Of a DNA stretch of 64,000 bases, positions 1-9,876 are shown in pieces. The position numbers were made by a program, and so were the translations under genes. Numbering within the stretch: position 1 is the stretch's first letter; every line of letters starts with the position of its first letter. The notes beneath the pieces are model-generated. The model ran no database searches. It was given only the letters and a program-made list of their open reading frames with translations, and was not told the origin of the DNA. The stretch comes from Alkalispirochaeta sp. Lineage in GTDB: Bacteria > Spirochaetota > Spirochaetia > DSM-27196 > Alkalispirochaetaceae. The DNA lies in contig OZ271854.1 of the NCBI GenBank assembly GCA_965601925.1, positions 4,288,001 through 4,352,000 on the forward strand. Reading direction: 5' to 3'.

Positions 1-274
1 CCTCGCGTCGATCGACGATCACCAAGTCGTACGGTCCAGACGGTCGATCGATCCAGCGCACCGGAATAGCGGGATCACCGATCAACTGCAACGCCTCGGC
101 GCGATCGTAGTGTCCCGGCGCGGACGCGGCGGGAAGAAGCCACTCTATCGTGCCGCCGAGTTCCCGTGCGACGCGTGCGCAACGGTGGAGGTGCCCGCTT
201 CCGTGGCCCACGCGATGCTCGGCTACGATGAGCGAGGTTCTATGCGCTGCTGCGTTGCTGTTGGTGGTGACCAT
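1..274 (-). CDS. N-terminal part of a PseG/SpsG-like sugar-nucleotide hydrolase/glycosyltransferase-fold protein (runs off the left edge)
   Basis: My translation from the ATG at 274 gives MVTTNSNAAAHRTSLIVAEHRVGHGSGHLHRCARVARELGG...YDLVIVDRR, open to base 1. GxGHxxRC is the PseG/SpsG N-terminal motif. It overlaps the end of the spsF-like gene. Confidence 0.6.
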   Translation of the reverse strand, partial: MVTTNSNAAAHRTSLIVAEHRVGHGSGHLHRCARVARELGGTIEWLLPAASAPGHYDRAEALQLIGDPAIPVRWIDRPSGPYDLVIVDRRE

Positions 275-929
275 ACGCTACGAGTTCGGGCAACTCTATG
301 GGGCGGCCCTTATAGAGAGCGCGAAAGATATCGGCAATGTATTGGTAATCATCGGCGGTATCAAGGGTGACCCGCATCTCGGGGAACCGCGTGCGGGGGG
401 AAGTCCGGCGCACGACCACCTTGTACCGTTCGGGACGGCGATAGACGCCCGGCGTAACGTGTTCCCGCTCGTAGCGATCGGGACCGCGGGAGAGCACGCC
501 TTCAAGGGCCCGGGTGAGCACTACCTCGACGCCGGTACCGTAGGGCGTATCGGTGATTCCCGCGTAGTCGGCGTGCGAGGTCTCCTGCAGGCGCAACGCC
601 TCACGGGCGGCGGAGGCCGAAACGAGCGGGTTGTCACCGGTCGCACGAATCACGCGATCCACGGAGTAGCGCTCGGCAGCGTCGCAGAATCGCTTCAGGA
701 CGTTATCCCGATCGCCGGAGAATACGCCGTAACCGCATCGATCGGCGAGCGGCGCCAGCCGCGGGGCGCTCGCCTCGTCGGTGACTAAGATATACTCATC
801 GACGGGAAGGGGGGCGAGCGCCTCCATCGCGTGTACGATGGCCTCTTTTCCTTCCAACGGAAGCAGCGCCTTCTCGGGTAACCGAGTGGAGGCGAGTCGC
901 ACCTGGAGAAATACCGCCGTCCTATACAT
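240..929 (-). CDS. spsF: SpsF-like cytidylyltransferase family protein
   Basis: Motifs LQVRLASTRLPEKALLPL, DNVLKRF, VIRATGDNPLV, GTGVEV, REHVTP and TLDTADDY. Confidence 0.8.
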   Translation of the reverse strand: MYRTAVFLQVRLASTRLPEKALLPLEGKEAIVHAMEALAPLPVDEYILVTDEASAPRLAPLADRCGYGVFSGDRDNVLKRFCDAAERYSVDRVIRATGDNPLVSASAAREALRLQETSHADYAGITDTPYGTGVEVVLTRALEGVLSRGPDRYEREHVTPGVYRRPERYKVVVRRTSPRTRFPEMRVTLDTADDYQYIADIFRALYKGRPIELPELVAYGHHQQQRSSA

Positions 930-1854
930 AGTCTACGCTCCATTCTTCTACGACCGAGCGGGGGTCGCGCATGAATCGGTCGCGGTTCGTGCGGACCCAG
1001 TCGCCGGCCCCGCGAAAAAGACGCACAGTTCGAGAGAATCCCATACCCGAACGGAGGGCAAATCCGAACGCCTGGATGGGAGGAATCCGCCCCACCCCGT
1101 CGGCGAGACGAACCGCGAGATTCTTGGCGTAGAAGCGCGCATATCCGCGATCGCCCGTCTGATCTTCCGGTTCCGGCATGCTACGGTAGTTCATTCTAAA
1201 CGATGAAAGGGCGTAGATGCGCCCGCCCCACAGGTAGGTGCGAAATCCGAAATCGAGCTTCTGCCAGAATGCGTTCTCGATCTCCTCGTCAAACCCGCCG
1301 TGAGCAAGAAATCGTCTACGATCGTAGAGCGCTACGAAGTCGAACGGGGTGAGCGTCTCGACCCGATCGCCTCTGAGGGGCAGCGCCAGCACGCGCAGGG
1401 CCTTTCGTTGGAGCGCCGGGGCCTGTACGGTCGGCAACGCCTCGCCCCGCTCCCCGCGCAACAACGGCGCAACGCACGGCACGTGATCGGCGGCCAGCTC
1501 CCGACGTGCTCGATCGAGTCCGCCGGGCGGATCCATCGTCGACCACATAACCAGCACCGTTTTCGCCGTGGCGTGCTCCATCGCCAAATTAATACGAGCG
1601 CCGATATTGAGCTCTCGATTGAGAAGGATGAACCGCACCTGGGGAAACTCTCGCGTCAGCGACTCGACGGTGTAGGAGTGTTGTTGAGCCTCGACGGAGA
1701 CTACCTCGCGAAACCCGGCGGCGACGATGTCGCGAATGAGTTCGCGCCGCAGCAGCCGGGAGCTTCGACTTAAAAGTATAATCCCGTCCCCCTCCGCGGG
1801 AGACTCCGGCCTTGCCGGGCCGACGATTGTGTACCGCTCGTCGGGATCACGCAT
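922..1854 (-). CDS. Glycosyltransferase family 2-like (GT-A fold) protein
   Basis: Motifs FPQVRFILL, GARINLAM and GGFDEEI...DFGFR. The ATG at 1854 overlaps the stop of the upstream gene (start trimmed from 1935). Confidence 0.55.
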   Translation of the reverse strand: MRDPDERYTIVGPARPESPAEGDGIILLSRSSRLLRRELIRDIVAAGFREVVSVEAQQHSYTVESLTREFPQVRFILLNRELNIGARINLAMEHATAKTVLVMWSTMDPPGGLDRARRELAADHVPCVAPLLRGERGEALPTVQAPALQRKALRVLALPLRGDRVETLTPFDFVALYDRRRFLAHGGFDEEIENAFWQKLDFGFRTYLWGGRIYALSSFRMNYRSMPEPEDQTGDRGYARFYAKNLAVRLADGVGRIPPIQAFGFALRSGMGFSRTVRLFRGAGDWVRTNRDRFMRDPRSVVEEWSVDYV

Positions 1855-3421
1855 TGAACGTATAGAACTCATCGCATCTCTTACACATTTCCGGCAAGAC
1901 ACCGCCGACGTGGTCGAGATATTCGGCGGCCGCACGATCCCACACCTCGTCCGGTGCCTCCCGGAGAATCGAACCGCGGCGCGCCTCTTTATCCAAGTCC
2001 TGAAAGCATCGCGGCACGACGCCGTCGACCAAAATCACCATGTCGCGTTGGAGGTGGCGACAGGCGTTACGCTCGAGGGGCGAAAAATCGGCGACTTTCC
2101 GGTCCGGTAGACGCCCCGCCCACGAGTTGTACTTCTGTATGAGCGGCTCGACACCCTCGGTCGCGTCCCATCGCTTGAAGAAATCCTGCAACTCCCACTC
2201 GTTCTCCACCATACGCGTTCCCTGGACGTAGACGCGACCCGGCATGGTAACGGCAAGCCGTTCAATGGTCGCGAGCGCCTCCTCGTACCCCACTCCCCGT
2301 AATGCCCGATAGCGGGTCTCGTCAATGGCATCGAGCTCGACGATTACCGCCTCGACCGGACTTTCGGCAAGCGCCGCGAGCGCGTCCGCAGTCCAGCCGA
2401 CGCCGGCGGTCTCTACGTACAGCGTCAATCCCGGGTAACGTGCGACCTCGGCGATGCACTCCGCTATGGCGGGATGGAGGGCCGGCTCGCCGCGATATCC
2501 GATGGCGATCGTCGCCTCCGGCGTCCACTCGGCAAGGCGCGCAAGGACGGCTTTCCACGTATCGAGGTCCATATGAGTTCCCTCACCGGGAGGATCGGGA
2601 GCCCACCGCGCGTCGCTCCACGGCGTATAAGACGGACGTTGCACCATCTCGGTGGTAATCTGCACATAATAATAGTATGGAAGTGTCCGCCCTACGTCGG
2701 GTGCCCGCATGAGTTCGGCCAAAAGCGGAATGCCGCGGTCGTGATAGCGCTCGCGTGTCGGGTCGGGCTCCTTTCCCGACTCACCCGTATCGGCCGCCCC
2801 ACGCTCGACCAACCGCCGGCAAAGAAGATAGTTCTGACGCGTATCGACGGTGAGAGATAGGCGTAGAAGTGCATAGTCTTCCGTCGCCGCCTCCGTCTCG
2901 ACATCGAATGCATTAATATCGCGGCTCAAGGCGTCGAAGAGAATTGTGCGGGTCCATTCGAGCGCGCCGGACGCGGCCAAAGACGAGAGCGCCGCCAGCG
3001 CGTCGCGGCGGAGAACCTCCGGTGCATATCCGGTCGGAAAGCCGTCGGCAAAGGTGTAGTCGCACCACGACTGTTCGTGGAGACGTACCAGGTAGCGCGT
3101 CAACTCAACATCGAAAAAGGGAGCGTCGAGGGCCACCCATATGACCGCGGCGTCGCCGGTCGGAAGATGTGCATCGAGACGTGCCAGTGCGGCCGTCGCC
3201 GACGCCTCACGCGGCACCGCAAGACGTGTCCATTCCGCCGGTATATCGGGCAGCGCCGTCTCGTCGTCCTCGCGATACAACAACGAGATTGATTCGAGCG
3301 CGCAGACCGCCCGCAGGCGTTCTATGCGGAGCATAAGAGTGTCCAGAGGCGTACGGCCGTCGGGAAACGCGACGGTAAGATACGGGCTTACGCGCGGGGC
3401 AGCAACGACAAGATGATACAT
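1847..3421 (-). CDS. Spiro-SPASM protein (cytidylyltransferase-like N-terminus, degenerate radical SAM core, SPASM domain)
   Basis: DAPFFD and DYTFADGFPTGYAPEV at the N-terminus, GEPALHP in the radical-SAM-like core, and C-terminal CRHLQRD...VPRCFQD...CKRCDEFY. The start at ATG 3421 is supported by an upstream promoter. Confidence 0.85.
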   Translation of the reverse strand: MYHLVVAAPRVSPYLTVAFPDGRTPLDTLMLRIERLRAVCALESISLLYREDDETALPDIPAEWTRLAVPREASATAALARLDAHLPTGDAAVIWVALDAPFFDVELTRYLVRLHEQSWCDYTFADGFPTGYAPEVLRRDALAALSSLAASGALEWTRTILFDALSRDINAFDVETEAATEDYALLRLSLTVDTRQNYLLCRRLVERGAADTGESGKEPDPTRERYHDRGIPLLAELMRAPDVGRTLPYYYYVQITTEMVQRPSYTPWSDARWAPDPPGEGTHMDLDTWKAVLARLAEWTPEATIAIGYRGEPALHPAIAECIAEVARYPGLTLYVETAGVGWTADALAALAESPVEAVIVELDAIDETRYRALRGVGYEEALATIERLAVTMPGRVYVQGTRMVENEWELQDFFKRWDATEGVEPLIQKYNSWAGRLPDRKVADFSPLERNACRHLQRDMVILVDGVVPRCFQDLDKEARRGSILREAPDEVWDRAAAEYLDHVGGVLPEMCKRCDEFYTFNA

Positions 3422-3480
3422 CTCAATAACTGTATCGACAGGGCTTGAGCGTGTCATGAGCCTCGGGTTAGCCTCTCGCA

Positions 3481-4674
3481 ATGCAGACCGAGGCGGTGTT
3501 ACAGGTATCGGAGCTCACCCGCGCCATCAAATCGATTCTGGAGCAGGGCTTTCCGCGCGTCGTCGTGGAGGGCGAGGTCTCCAACTTTCGTCCGTCGTCG
3601 ACGGGGCACTGGTACTTCACGCTGAAAGACGCCGAGACGGCGATTCAATGCGTCATGTTCAAGAGCGGCACCTCGTCGGTGAGCGTTCGTCCCGCCGACG
3701 GTGATCTGCTGCGCGTTCACGCGTCGGTAAGCGTCTACGCCCGCCGGGGAGCGTACCAGCTCGTCGTGCGGTCCATGGAACACGCCGGAACGGGTCGCAT
3801 CCTGGAGCTGTTGGAGGAGCGCAAACGCGTCTTGGCGGCCGAGGGTCTGTTCGACCGCGAGCGACCGCTCCCGAAGTTTCCCCGCACCGTGGCGATCGTC
3901 ACCTCCCCGACCGGCGCGGCGATCCGCGACGTGCTCCAGGTACTCGAACGGCGGGGCGCGCCGGTGACCGTCCGCGTCATTCCGGTACCCGTCCAGGGAT
4001 CGGAAGCGGCTCCTCGCATCGCCCGCGCGGTCCGATACGCCGGTACACACCGTCTCGGAGAGGTGATCGTGCTGACTCGGGGCGGCGGTTCGCTCGAGGA
4101 TCTCCTCCCCTTCAGCGACGAAGAGGTCGTCCGCGCCGTGGCGGAAAGCGCGGTTCCGACTATCTCGGCGATCGGCCACGAGGTGGATTGGGCGCTCACC
4201 GACTATGCGGCGGACCGGCGCGCTCCTACGCCGTCGGCCGCAGCGGAGGTCGTGTCGGCTCGGGGATCGGAGGTCGCCGAACGCATCGCTCGCGCAGGAT
4301 CGGAGGTCGTTGAGACCTACCTGCACCGCGTACGGAATCTTACCCTTCGCGCCGAACGGTGCGGCGAGGACGAGATCAGATATCGATTCAGAAATCTGAT
4401 GCAACCGTGGTATCAACGGTTTGACGAGGCGACGCAGGTCGTCCGCGACGCCATGAAAGGGCGTCTCATGACGCTGCGTTCCACCCTGGATATCGCACAC
4501 GAAGGCATTCGGGGCGCGTCGCCTTTTCTGGCGTTGGAGCGCGGTTACGTCATCGTGCGCGACGAGGAGGGTCAGGGGATCGTGACGAGAGCCGGTGATA
4601 CGCGCTCCGGACAACGCCTGAGCGCGCAATTCTTCGACGGGACGATTCGTGTAGAAAGGACGACCGATGAGTGA
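3481..4674 (+). CDS. xseA: Exodeoxyribonuclease VII large subunit
   Basis: Motifs VEGEVSNF, GHWYFTLKD, TSPTGAAIRD, RGGGSLEDL, SAIGHEVD and APTPSAAAE. Confidence 0.97.
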   Translation: MQTEAVLQVSELTRAIKSILEQGFPRVVVEGEVSNFRPSSTGHWYFTLKDAETAIQCVMFKSGTSSVSVRPADGDLLRVHASVSVYARRGAYQLVVRSMEHAGTGRILELLEERKRVLAAEGLFDRERPLPKFPRTVAIVTSPTGAAIRDVLQVLERRGAPVTVRVIPVPVQGSEAAPRIARAVRYAGTHRLGEVIVLTRGGGSLEDLLPFSDEEVVRAVAESAVPTISAIGHEVDWALTDYAADRRAPTPSAAAEVVSARGSEVAERIARAGSEVVETYLHRVRNLTLRAERCGEDEIRYRFRNLMQPWYQRFDEATQVVRDAMKGRLMTLRSTLDIAHEGIRGASPFLALERGYVIVRDEEGQGIVTRAGDTRSGQRLSAQFFDGTIRVERTTDE

Positions 4675-4909
4675 TTTCGAGACGCGCCTGGAGCGCTTGG
4701 AGGAGATCGCGGAACGACTTCGCGACGGTACGGTGAAAATCGATGAGGCTTCAACACTCTTTGAGGAGGGCGTTCGTCTCGCAAAACGGCTCGACGGAGA
4801 GCTGCGTAAGCTGGAACGCCGCGTCGAGATTCTCGCCAATGAACCGACCGAAGAGAATGAGACTCCCGTATTGGAACTCTTTCCCGAACTCGGCGGCGGC
4901 GACGAGTAA
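4667..4909 (+). CDS. xseB: Exodeoxyribonuclease VII small subunit
   Basis: FETRLERLEEIAERL...FEEGVRL; overlaps the end of xseA. Confidence 0.95.
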   Translation: MSDFETRLERLEEIAERLRDGTVKIDEASTLFEEGVRLAKRLDGELRKLERRVEILANEPTEENETPVLELFPELGGGDE

Positions 4910-4922
4910 GCGTCTCCGCGGA

Positions 4923-5360
4923 CTACCGGAACGACGAGACGTCGATACGATCTCCCGGAACGATGCCGAGCTCGTCGAAGCGACCGCGATTGACCTCAAG
5001 CGCGTAGCGCGCCGGAGAGCGCGACCGTACCGGTTCCAGTGAAAACGGCTCCATGTCGTGAATTTCGAGAATACGACCGTCGGCGTCGATATAGGCGATA
5101 CTCAGCGGAATGCGGGTATCCCTCATCCAAAAGCTCCGCGGTCGTGAGTCGGGAAAGACGAACAGCATTCCCTCGTCCGCGCCGAGCGTCTCGCGAAACA
5201 TAAGCCCCCGCTGCCACTCCTCTTCGGTACGCGCCAACTCGACGAAGAACGGGTGTTCCCCTACGATGAGCTCTACGCGCCGTTCGTCGGCGTCGCAACC
5301 GGCAATCGCAATCGCGGACGCAATCACGAGAGACAACGCCATCATCACGGATCGCCTCAT
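4923..5360 (-). CDS. DUF192 family lipoprotein
   Basis: VELARTEEEWQRGLMFR, GMLFVF, FWMRDTRIPLSIAYID and YALEVNRG. Lipobox-like IAGC. The ATG at 5360 is coupled to the upstream TAA (TAATG). Confidence 0.85.
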   Translation of the reverse strand: MRRSVMMALSLVIASAIAIAGCDADERRVELIVGEHPFFVELARTEEEWQRGLMFRETLGADEGMLFVFPDSRPRSFWMRDTRIPLSIAYIDADGRILEIHDMEPFSLEPVRSRSPARYALEVNRGRFDELGIVPGDRIDVSSFR

Positions 5361-5911
5361 TAAAACTCCTCGAGAAACTGCTCGCGCGCGATATCGTCGG
5401 CCGCTTCCAGAGCCCTCTCGGCTCCGCGGCGCGTCTCGAATACGGCGAGATCGAGGTATCGTACCGTAAGAGGCCGCTCCAACTCTATCCGGGTCGTCTC
5501 GTCCTCCCAGAAGGCGCGTTGCGGATCCAGGTCGATCGGATCGCCGTAGCGCGCGCGCAGCTGCTCGAAGAGCTGAAAATAGTCGAGCCGATCGCGATTG
5601 ATGTACAGCGCCATCGTATACAGTCGACCGTCGGCGAATTGAAAGAGTCCACGATCGACGAACACGCGTCCCCGGGAGTCGATCACCGTCTGCCCGTCGG
5701 ACAAACGAAGAGAGACGTCGGCCGGTCCGCGATACGCGAAGGCGGTATCGGCGAGCAGTCGCTCTTCTACCTCTTCGAAGGGCGCACCCAATCGTATCTC
5801 GCGGAACCCCCTCCGCAGCGCCGCCTCGCGATCCTGCGCCACAACCCGGCCGACCGGTATTACGGCAAGACCGATGAGACATAGACAGATTACGATTCGA
5901 CTTCCTCTCAT
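5360..5911 (-). CDS. Hypothetical exported protein
   Basis: Signal-peptide-like MRGSRIVICLCLIGLAVIPVGRVVAQ and coding-like composition. An alternative GTG start lies at 5929. Confidence 0.7.
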   Translation of the reverse strand: MRGSRIVICLCLIGLAVIPVGRVVAQDREAALRRGFREIRLGAPFEEVEERLLADTAFAYRGPADVSLRLSDGQTVIDSRGRVFVDRGLFQFADGRLYTMALYINRDRLDYFQLFEQLRARYGDPIDLDPQRAFWEDETTRIELERPLTVRYLDLAVFETRRGAERALEAADDIAREQFLEEF

Positions 5912-5955
5912 GGTATCTGGTATCGGCACGACGCAACTTCCACTATACTCCTCCC

Positions 5956-7551
5956 ATGGGGAGATACCGCCCGATCGGGAGAGCTACGCGCGGAGACGCA
6001 CCGACGATCGCAGACGCGGTGATCACCCGGCACGGCGCCGGTCGTTGGCGCGCTCTCGCGATCGCCCTCTGGGTATGCACGACGACGCCGGTATGGGCAC
6101 AAGACGGTGCCGCCCTTCCCCTTCCTGCCGCCCTGCGTATAGAGAGCCGGCCGTCGGGTGCGGACGTATTCTTGGATAACAGGCTCGTAGGAACCACGCC
6201 GCTCTATATAGACGACCTTTACCCGGGGCGGCGTCGGATACGCGTCGAGTACCGCGGATACGAGTCGTACGACGAATGGATATCCCTTTCGGCGGGAGAG
6301 ACGACCGAGATAGAGGCGGAGCTCGTTCTGTCGACCGGCCTCATGGAGATCGAAAGCGAACACGAACGGTTGGAAATGAATCTCGGGAGCGACTGGGAGC
6401 CGGCGCGAGCAACCGCACTGCCGGCAGGCACGTACCGAGTCGCATTCCGCGCGTTCGGATACCACATCGGCGAGAGACTCGTCTCGATCGGTACGGACGC
6501 CCCGACGGTCGTTCCGGTGCGCTTGGAGGCGGCACCATTCTCCGTCGCCTACGCGGTCCCGGGGGCGCGGCGTTTCCACCCCGAAAATCTCGGCATCGCC
6601 GGTGTCGCCGATTTGTCGATATCGGCAACGGGGCCGGGCTGGTACCGCATCGAGGTCCATGACGCCGACGGACAAGTCGTCTTCGCTCGCCGAGGCACGA
6701 TCGACGATTGGCTCGAGCCGCTCTCCTGGGACGGACGCGGAGAGGAGGGCTCGTCGGTACCCAACGGGATCTACCGCGTCGTTATCGAGGCCGGCGACGG
6801 CGCGCATCAACTCCGTCTTACCCGCTCGGTCGACGTAACACGCGCGGCGCGCGTCTACCCCCGCCTCATTACGCCCTACGGCAGCGGCTCATCGTTGATC
6901 GCCTTTCCCGGTGGCCGCGGCAACACGACGGCATCCTTTTCCGCAGGCGGCGGGTACCACTATCGCGAAACGGATACCGGTAATGAGCGCACCGTTCCCA
7001 TCACGATTGCGGCGCGTTTCGCGCCGCTCCCGCTCCTCTCGGTCGCGGCCGGCTCTCTCCTTACCGCCAGTCCAGAGGAGGCCGAGGTTCGCCACCTGTC
7101 ATACGGCCATCTGGAGATCGGCCCGTGGCACCTGCTTCCCGGGAACGTCGGTATATCGCTTTACGGAAACGGAGGGACGGGCTCGGCCGGCCCGTGGCGC
7201 GCAAACCGCATCGGCGCCGCGGCTAATGCGGGGCTCGGTTCAGCGTGGCGCGGGATCGGGATCGTCGCCTCGCCGGGCGTGGAGGTCGCGGTATCGTTCG
7301 ACACGCCGGATCTCTACGCCGTAGCGGGCCTCGCCGCAGTCCGCGATCGGCCCCGCTCGATGGTTGCGGTCTCATCAAGGCTTACGGCGGATGTCAGTCG
7401 GTGGCGTATCCTCGATACGGCGCTAGACGCCGCGCTGCGCCCCGGTGACGGAGGAATCCGGTGGACGTTTTCGTTCGGCGTGTCGATCCTGGAGGAGTCG
7501 GTGGACGAGCCGGCGTTCTGGTCGCTCGTTTCGGTCGGGACGCCCCATTGA
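5956..7551 (+). CDS. PEGA domain protein with FlgD-like Ig domain and probable C-terminal beta-rich domain
   Basis: PEGA motif LRIESRPSGADVFLDNRLVGTTPL...GYESY, FlgD-like WDGRGEEGSSVPNGIYRV, and an N-terminal signal region. Confidence 0.8.
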   Translation: MGRYRPIGRATRGDAPTIADAVITRHGAGRWRALAIALWVCTTTPVWAQDGAALPLPAALRIESRPSGADVFLDNRLVGTTPLYIDDLYPGRRRIRVEYRGYESYDEWISLSAGETTEIEAELVLSTGLMEIESEHERLEMNLGSDWEPARATALPAGTYRVAFRAFGYHIGERLVSIGTDAPTVVPVRLEAAPFSVAYAVPGARRFHPENLGIAGVADLSISATGPGWYRIEVHDADGQVVFARRGTIDDWLEPLSWDGRGEEGSSVPNGIYRVVIEAGDGAHQLRLTRSVDVTRAARVYPRLITPYGSGSSLIAFPGGRGNTTASFSAGGGYHYRETDTGNERTVPITIAARFAPLPLLSVAAGSLLTASPEEAEVRHLSYGHLEIGPWHLLPGNVGISLYGNGGTGSAGPWRANRIGAAANAGLGSAWRGIGIVASPGVEVAVSFDTPDLYAVAGLAAVRDRPRSMVAVSSRLTADVSRWRILDTALDAALRPGDGGIRWTFSFGVSILEESVDEPAFWSLVSVGTPH

Positions 7552-7570
7552 TGTGCGCACCGCGCCTCTC

Positions 7571-7981
7571 TCATGCGAGGCCGGTGTACACCCACGCCAA
7601 AACGCCGAAACTGGCGGCAAGAAGGGCGAGGATCAACCAAAAAATCCACGAGGGCATCGATTTCGTTTGAGGGGCGACGCGACGCGCCCGTGGAACCCCT
7701 CCGGTAGCGCGGTTCGGGGACACCTCGTCGCGACTCTTCACCTTTGAAGGGGGGGTGCGTCCCGTCGCCGGAACGACGCCACGGCCGACGCCCGGCCTCG
7801 TGGTGCGCGCCTCCTGAGACAAATATCCGCAGGCCGGACATCCGCGGGTGAACTGGTGCTGCTTCCCGCGAAATCCGCACCGCGGGCACTTGATCGCGAC
7901 GAAGAAGGCGCCGCACTCGGTACAGACCTCGTCGCCTTCGCGCACTTCCGCGCCGCAGTTCTCGCAGAAAAAGAGCTGCAT
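7571..7981 (-). CDS. Double zinc-ribbon protein with C-terminal transmembrane helix
   Basis: CENC, CTEC, CPRC and CPAC pairs, plus C-terminal WIFWLILALLAASFGVLAW. Coupled to the upstream gene by TAATG. Confidence 0.8.
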   Translation of the reverse strand: MQLFFCENCGAEVREGDEVCTECGAFFVAIKCPRCGFRGKQHQFTRGCPACGYLSQEARTTRPGVGRGVVPATGRTPPSKVKSRDEVSPNRATGGVPRARRVAPQTKSMPSWIFWLILALLAASFGVLAWVYTGLA

Positions 7982-8943
7982 TACCGAGTCAACACCTCCG
8001 GTGCATCCACCGTGCCGAAGGTGAAGCGTTCCGTTCCCCGGGGGCCGCGTCGGGAGGAGGCTATGTCGAATGAGAGATCCGCGTCCTCGGCGGCCAGCCG
8101 ATCCAGGAAGTCGCGAGCGATGGAAAACTCCACAAACCGATTACGCCTGACGTACTGCCCCGCCAACTCGACCGTCCCGCCCTCGCTCCGATACACGACC
8201 GGTCCCGATTCGCCGGCGATTACGACCGAAAACTCACCGCGCGAGGCGCCGTCATCGCGATCCGGAAAGGCGCGGAGGTGGTAGGCCGTTCCATCCGCGA
8301 TGCTCCCTCCGGCCTCGATTGCCGTAAACCACCACTCGTTCCCGACGGTAGACCGCACGGTTCTGACCGCCGTGCCGCCGCGCTGCCAAAACACGGTGTC
8401 ACCGACCTCTATCGTGCTCCCGTCGATCGCGTTTTCGATCCGCGGCGGCACGAAAAAGGCGGCGTAGCGCACCGCGGGAGCGATGGTCTCCCAATCCGAA
8501 TCCATACCGTCGAGCGCCACCGGCTCCAGCGTTGCCGGCAGATCCCACGGTGCGATGGCGACCGGCGAACCGCCCTCGGTGATGACGGCGTCGCGGTGGA
8601 CGAGAATCGGATTCCGCCCCGGTCCTACGCTCATGCGCACAAGATGAAACGAGACGGCGGAGGGCCCGCCGGCAAAGTAGCCGACCACCAACCCGCTCGA
8701 CTGCGGTATCCGCCACATACCGTGCGGCGCGAGCTCATTCAAATGGCGGCTGCGCCGGCGCAAAAGTTCGACTAACGATTGGGAGTCGGCCGTCGTCTCA
8801 CCCTGCACCTCGGACCGGGAAAGAAAGAGATATACAAACGGCGATCCCTCGCCGTTGACCAGCGTTCGACCCTCGTTCGTCTGGGCGGTGACGTCGACGG
8901 CCAGTAGGGCGACCAGTATCGCCGGTATGTATTGAACCTTCAT
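7981..8943 (-). CDS. Hypothetical secreted protein (possible carbohydrate-binding-like domain, LDGxDxDW)
   Basis: Signal peptide MKVQYIPAILVALLAVDVTAQ and the motif VALDGMDSDWE. Confidence 0.65.
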   Translation of the reverse strand: MKVQYIPAILVALLAVDVTAQTNEGRTLVNGEGSPFVYLFLSRSEVQGETTADSQSLVELLRRRSRHLNELAPHGMWRIPQSSGLVVGYFAGGPSAVSFHLVRMSVGPGRNPILVHRDAVITEGGSPVAIAPWDLPATLEPVALDGMDSDWETIAPAVRYAAFFVPPRIENAIDGSTIEVGDTVFWQRGGTAVRTVRSTVGNEWWFTAIEAGGSIADGTAYHLRAFPDRDDGASRGEFSVVIAGESGPVVYRSEGGTVELAGQYVRRNRFVEFSIARDFLDRLAAEDADLSFDIASSRRGPRGTERFTFGTVDAPEVLTR

Positions 8944-8983
8944 GCTCTGATTATCGACAGAAACGGGAGCGCCCTTTCGGTTG

Positions 8984-9790
8984 CTATGCTACCGACCCGT
9001 CGGCCTCCGTCTCCTCGAGCCACGCGCGCATCTCGGCCGCAACGCGAGAGCGCTCCTGTCCGTCGGTGATGACGTGCGCCGACTCCTCCAATATCACGGT
9101 CCGACACTCCGGAGAACCGATCTGTCGTTCAACAAACGGCGCCACTGAGACCGGCACCGTTCGATCGGCCTGCGAGACGATAAGCAGGGAGCGACACGAA
9201 ACCGCCGGAAGCGCTTTGCGCGCCTTTCGAATGAGATAATAGAGGGAAGCCGTCTGATGGGGCCAGCGCCAATTCCAATATTCGTCCGCCATGTGCCGGC
9301 GTTCCGGATCGTCGTAGGTCTCGGAGGTTTGCGCCTTTACCGGAGGCACGATGAAGCGCAGCAAGGGCGTGAGGGGCACGAGTCGATTAGAGACGAGAAA
9401 CGCCGGCGCCAGCAATATCGCTCCCGCGACCGGATAGTGCGCAGCCAAAAGCGTCGCGATGAGACCGCCCATCGATAACCCCGCAACAATTACCCTATCG
9501 TGCCGACTCCTGAGTTCCAGATACGCATCCAGTGCGCGGCGCCACCAATCGCGCCACGAAGTGGAACGAAAGTCTCTATTGTCCGTCCCGTGGCCGGGAT
9601 AGCGCGGAACGACGACCGTGTATCCGGCGGCATTCAACTCCTCGGCGACGAAACGCAGCTCTCCCGGATAGCCGGTGAAGCCGTGTAAGAGCAGAACCGC
9701 CGGACGCGAGGGATCGCCGTCCAGCGAGAGCGGATGGGCGCCGGAGAGCATCGCCGTGTCCCGGGACCCGTCGTGTCGAAGTCTCGCCAT
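8984..9790 (-). CDS. Alpha/beta hydrolase (carboxylesterase)
   Basis: LLLHGFTG, PGHG, nucleophile motif GLSMGG, D in DRTVP and H in SAHVI. The ATG at 9790 follows a -10 box. Confidence 0.9.
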   Translation of the reverse strand: MARLRHDGSRDTAMLSGAHPLSLDGDPSRPAVLLLHGFTGYPGELRFVAEELNAAGYTVVVPRYPGHGTDNRDFRSTSWRDWWRRALDAYLELRSRHDRVIVAGLSMGGLIATLLAAHYPVAGAILLAPAFLVSNRLVPLTPLLRFIVPPVKAQTSETYDDPERRHMADEYWNWRWPHQTASLYYLIRKARKALPAVSCRSLLIVSQADRTVPVSVAPFVERQIGSPECRTVILEESAHVITDGQERSRVAAEMRAWLEETEADGSVA

Positions 9791-9876
9791 CGCCGCATCA
9801 TATCCGCTATCGCCCGGCCGCCACAAGTTGAGTCTTTTTCTTGACACGTACCGGAGGGTCGCGTACTTTTTGCGCT

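Noticed and set aside
3499..4839. 446-aa ORF antisense to xseAB (similar cases at 37345-38409 and 58577-59914)
   Set aside because: Stop-free antisense frames are expected opposite genes in a GC-rich genome; the opposite strands carry clear conserved proteins.
4923..5936. 337-aa ORF suggesting an N-terminally extended DUF192 protein
   Set aside because: The upstream part overlaps a better ORF in another frame; the real start is the coupled ATG at 5360 with its own signal peptide.
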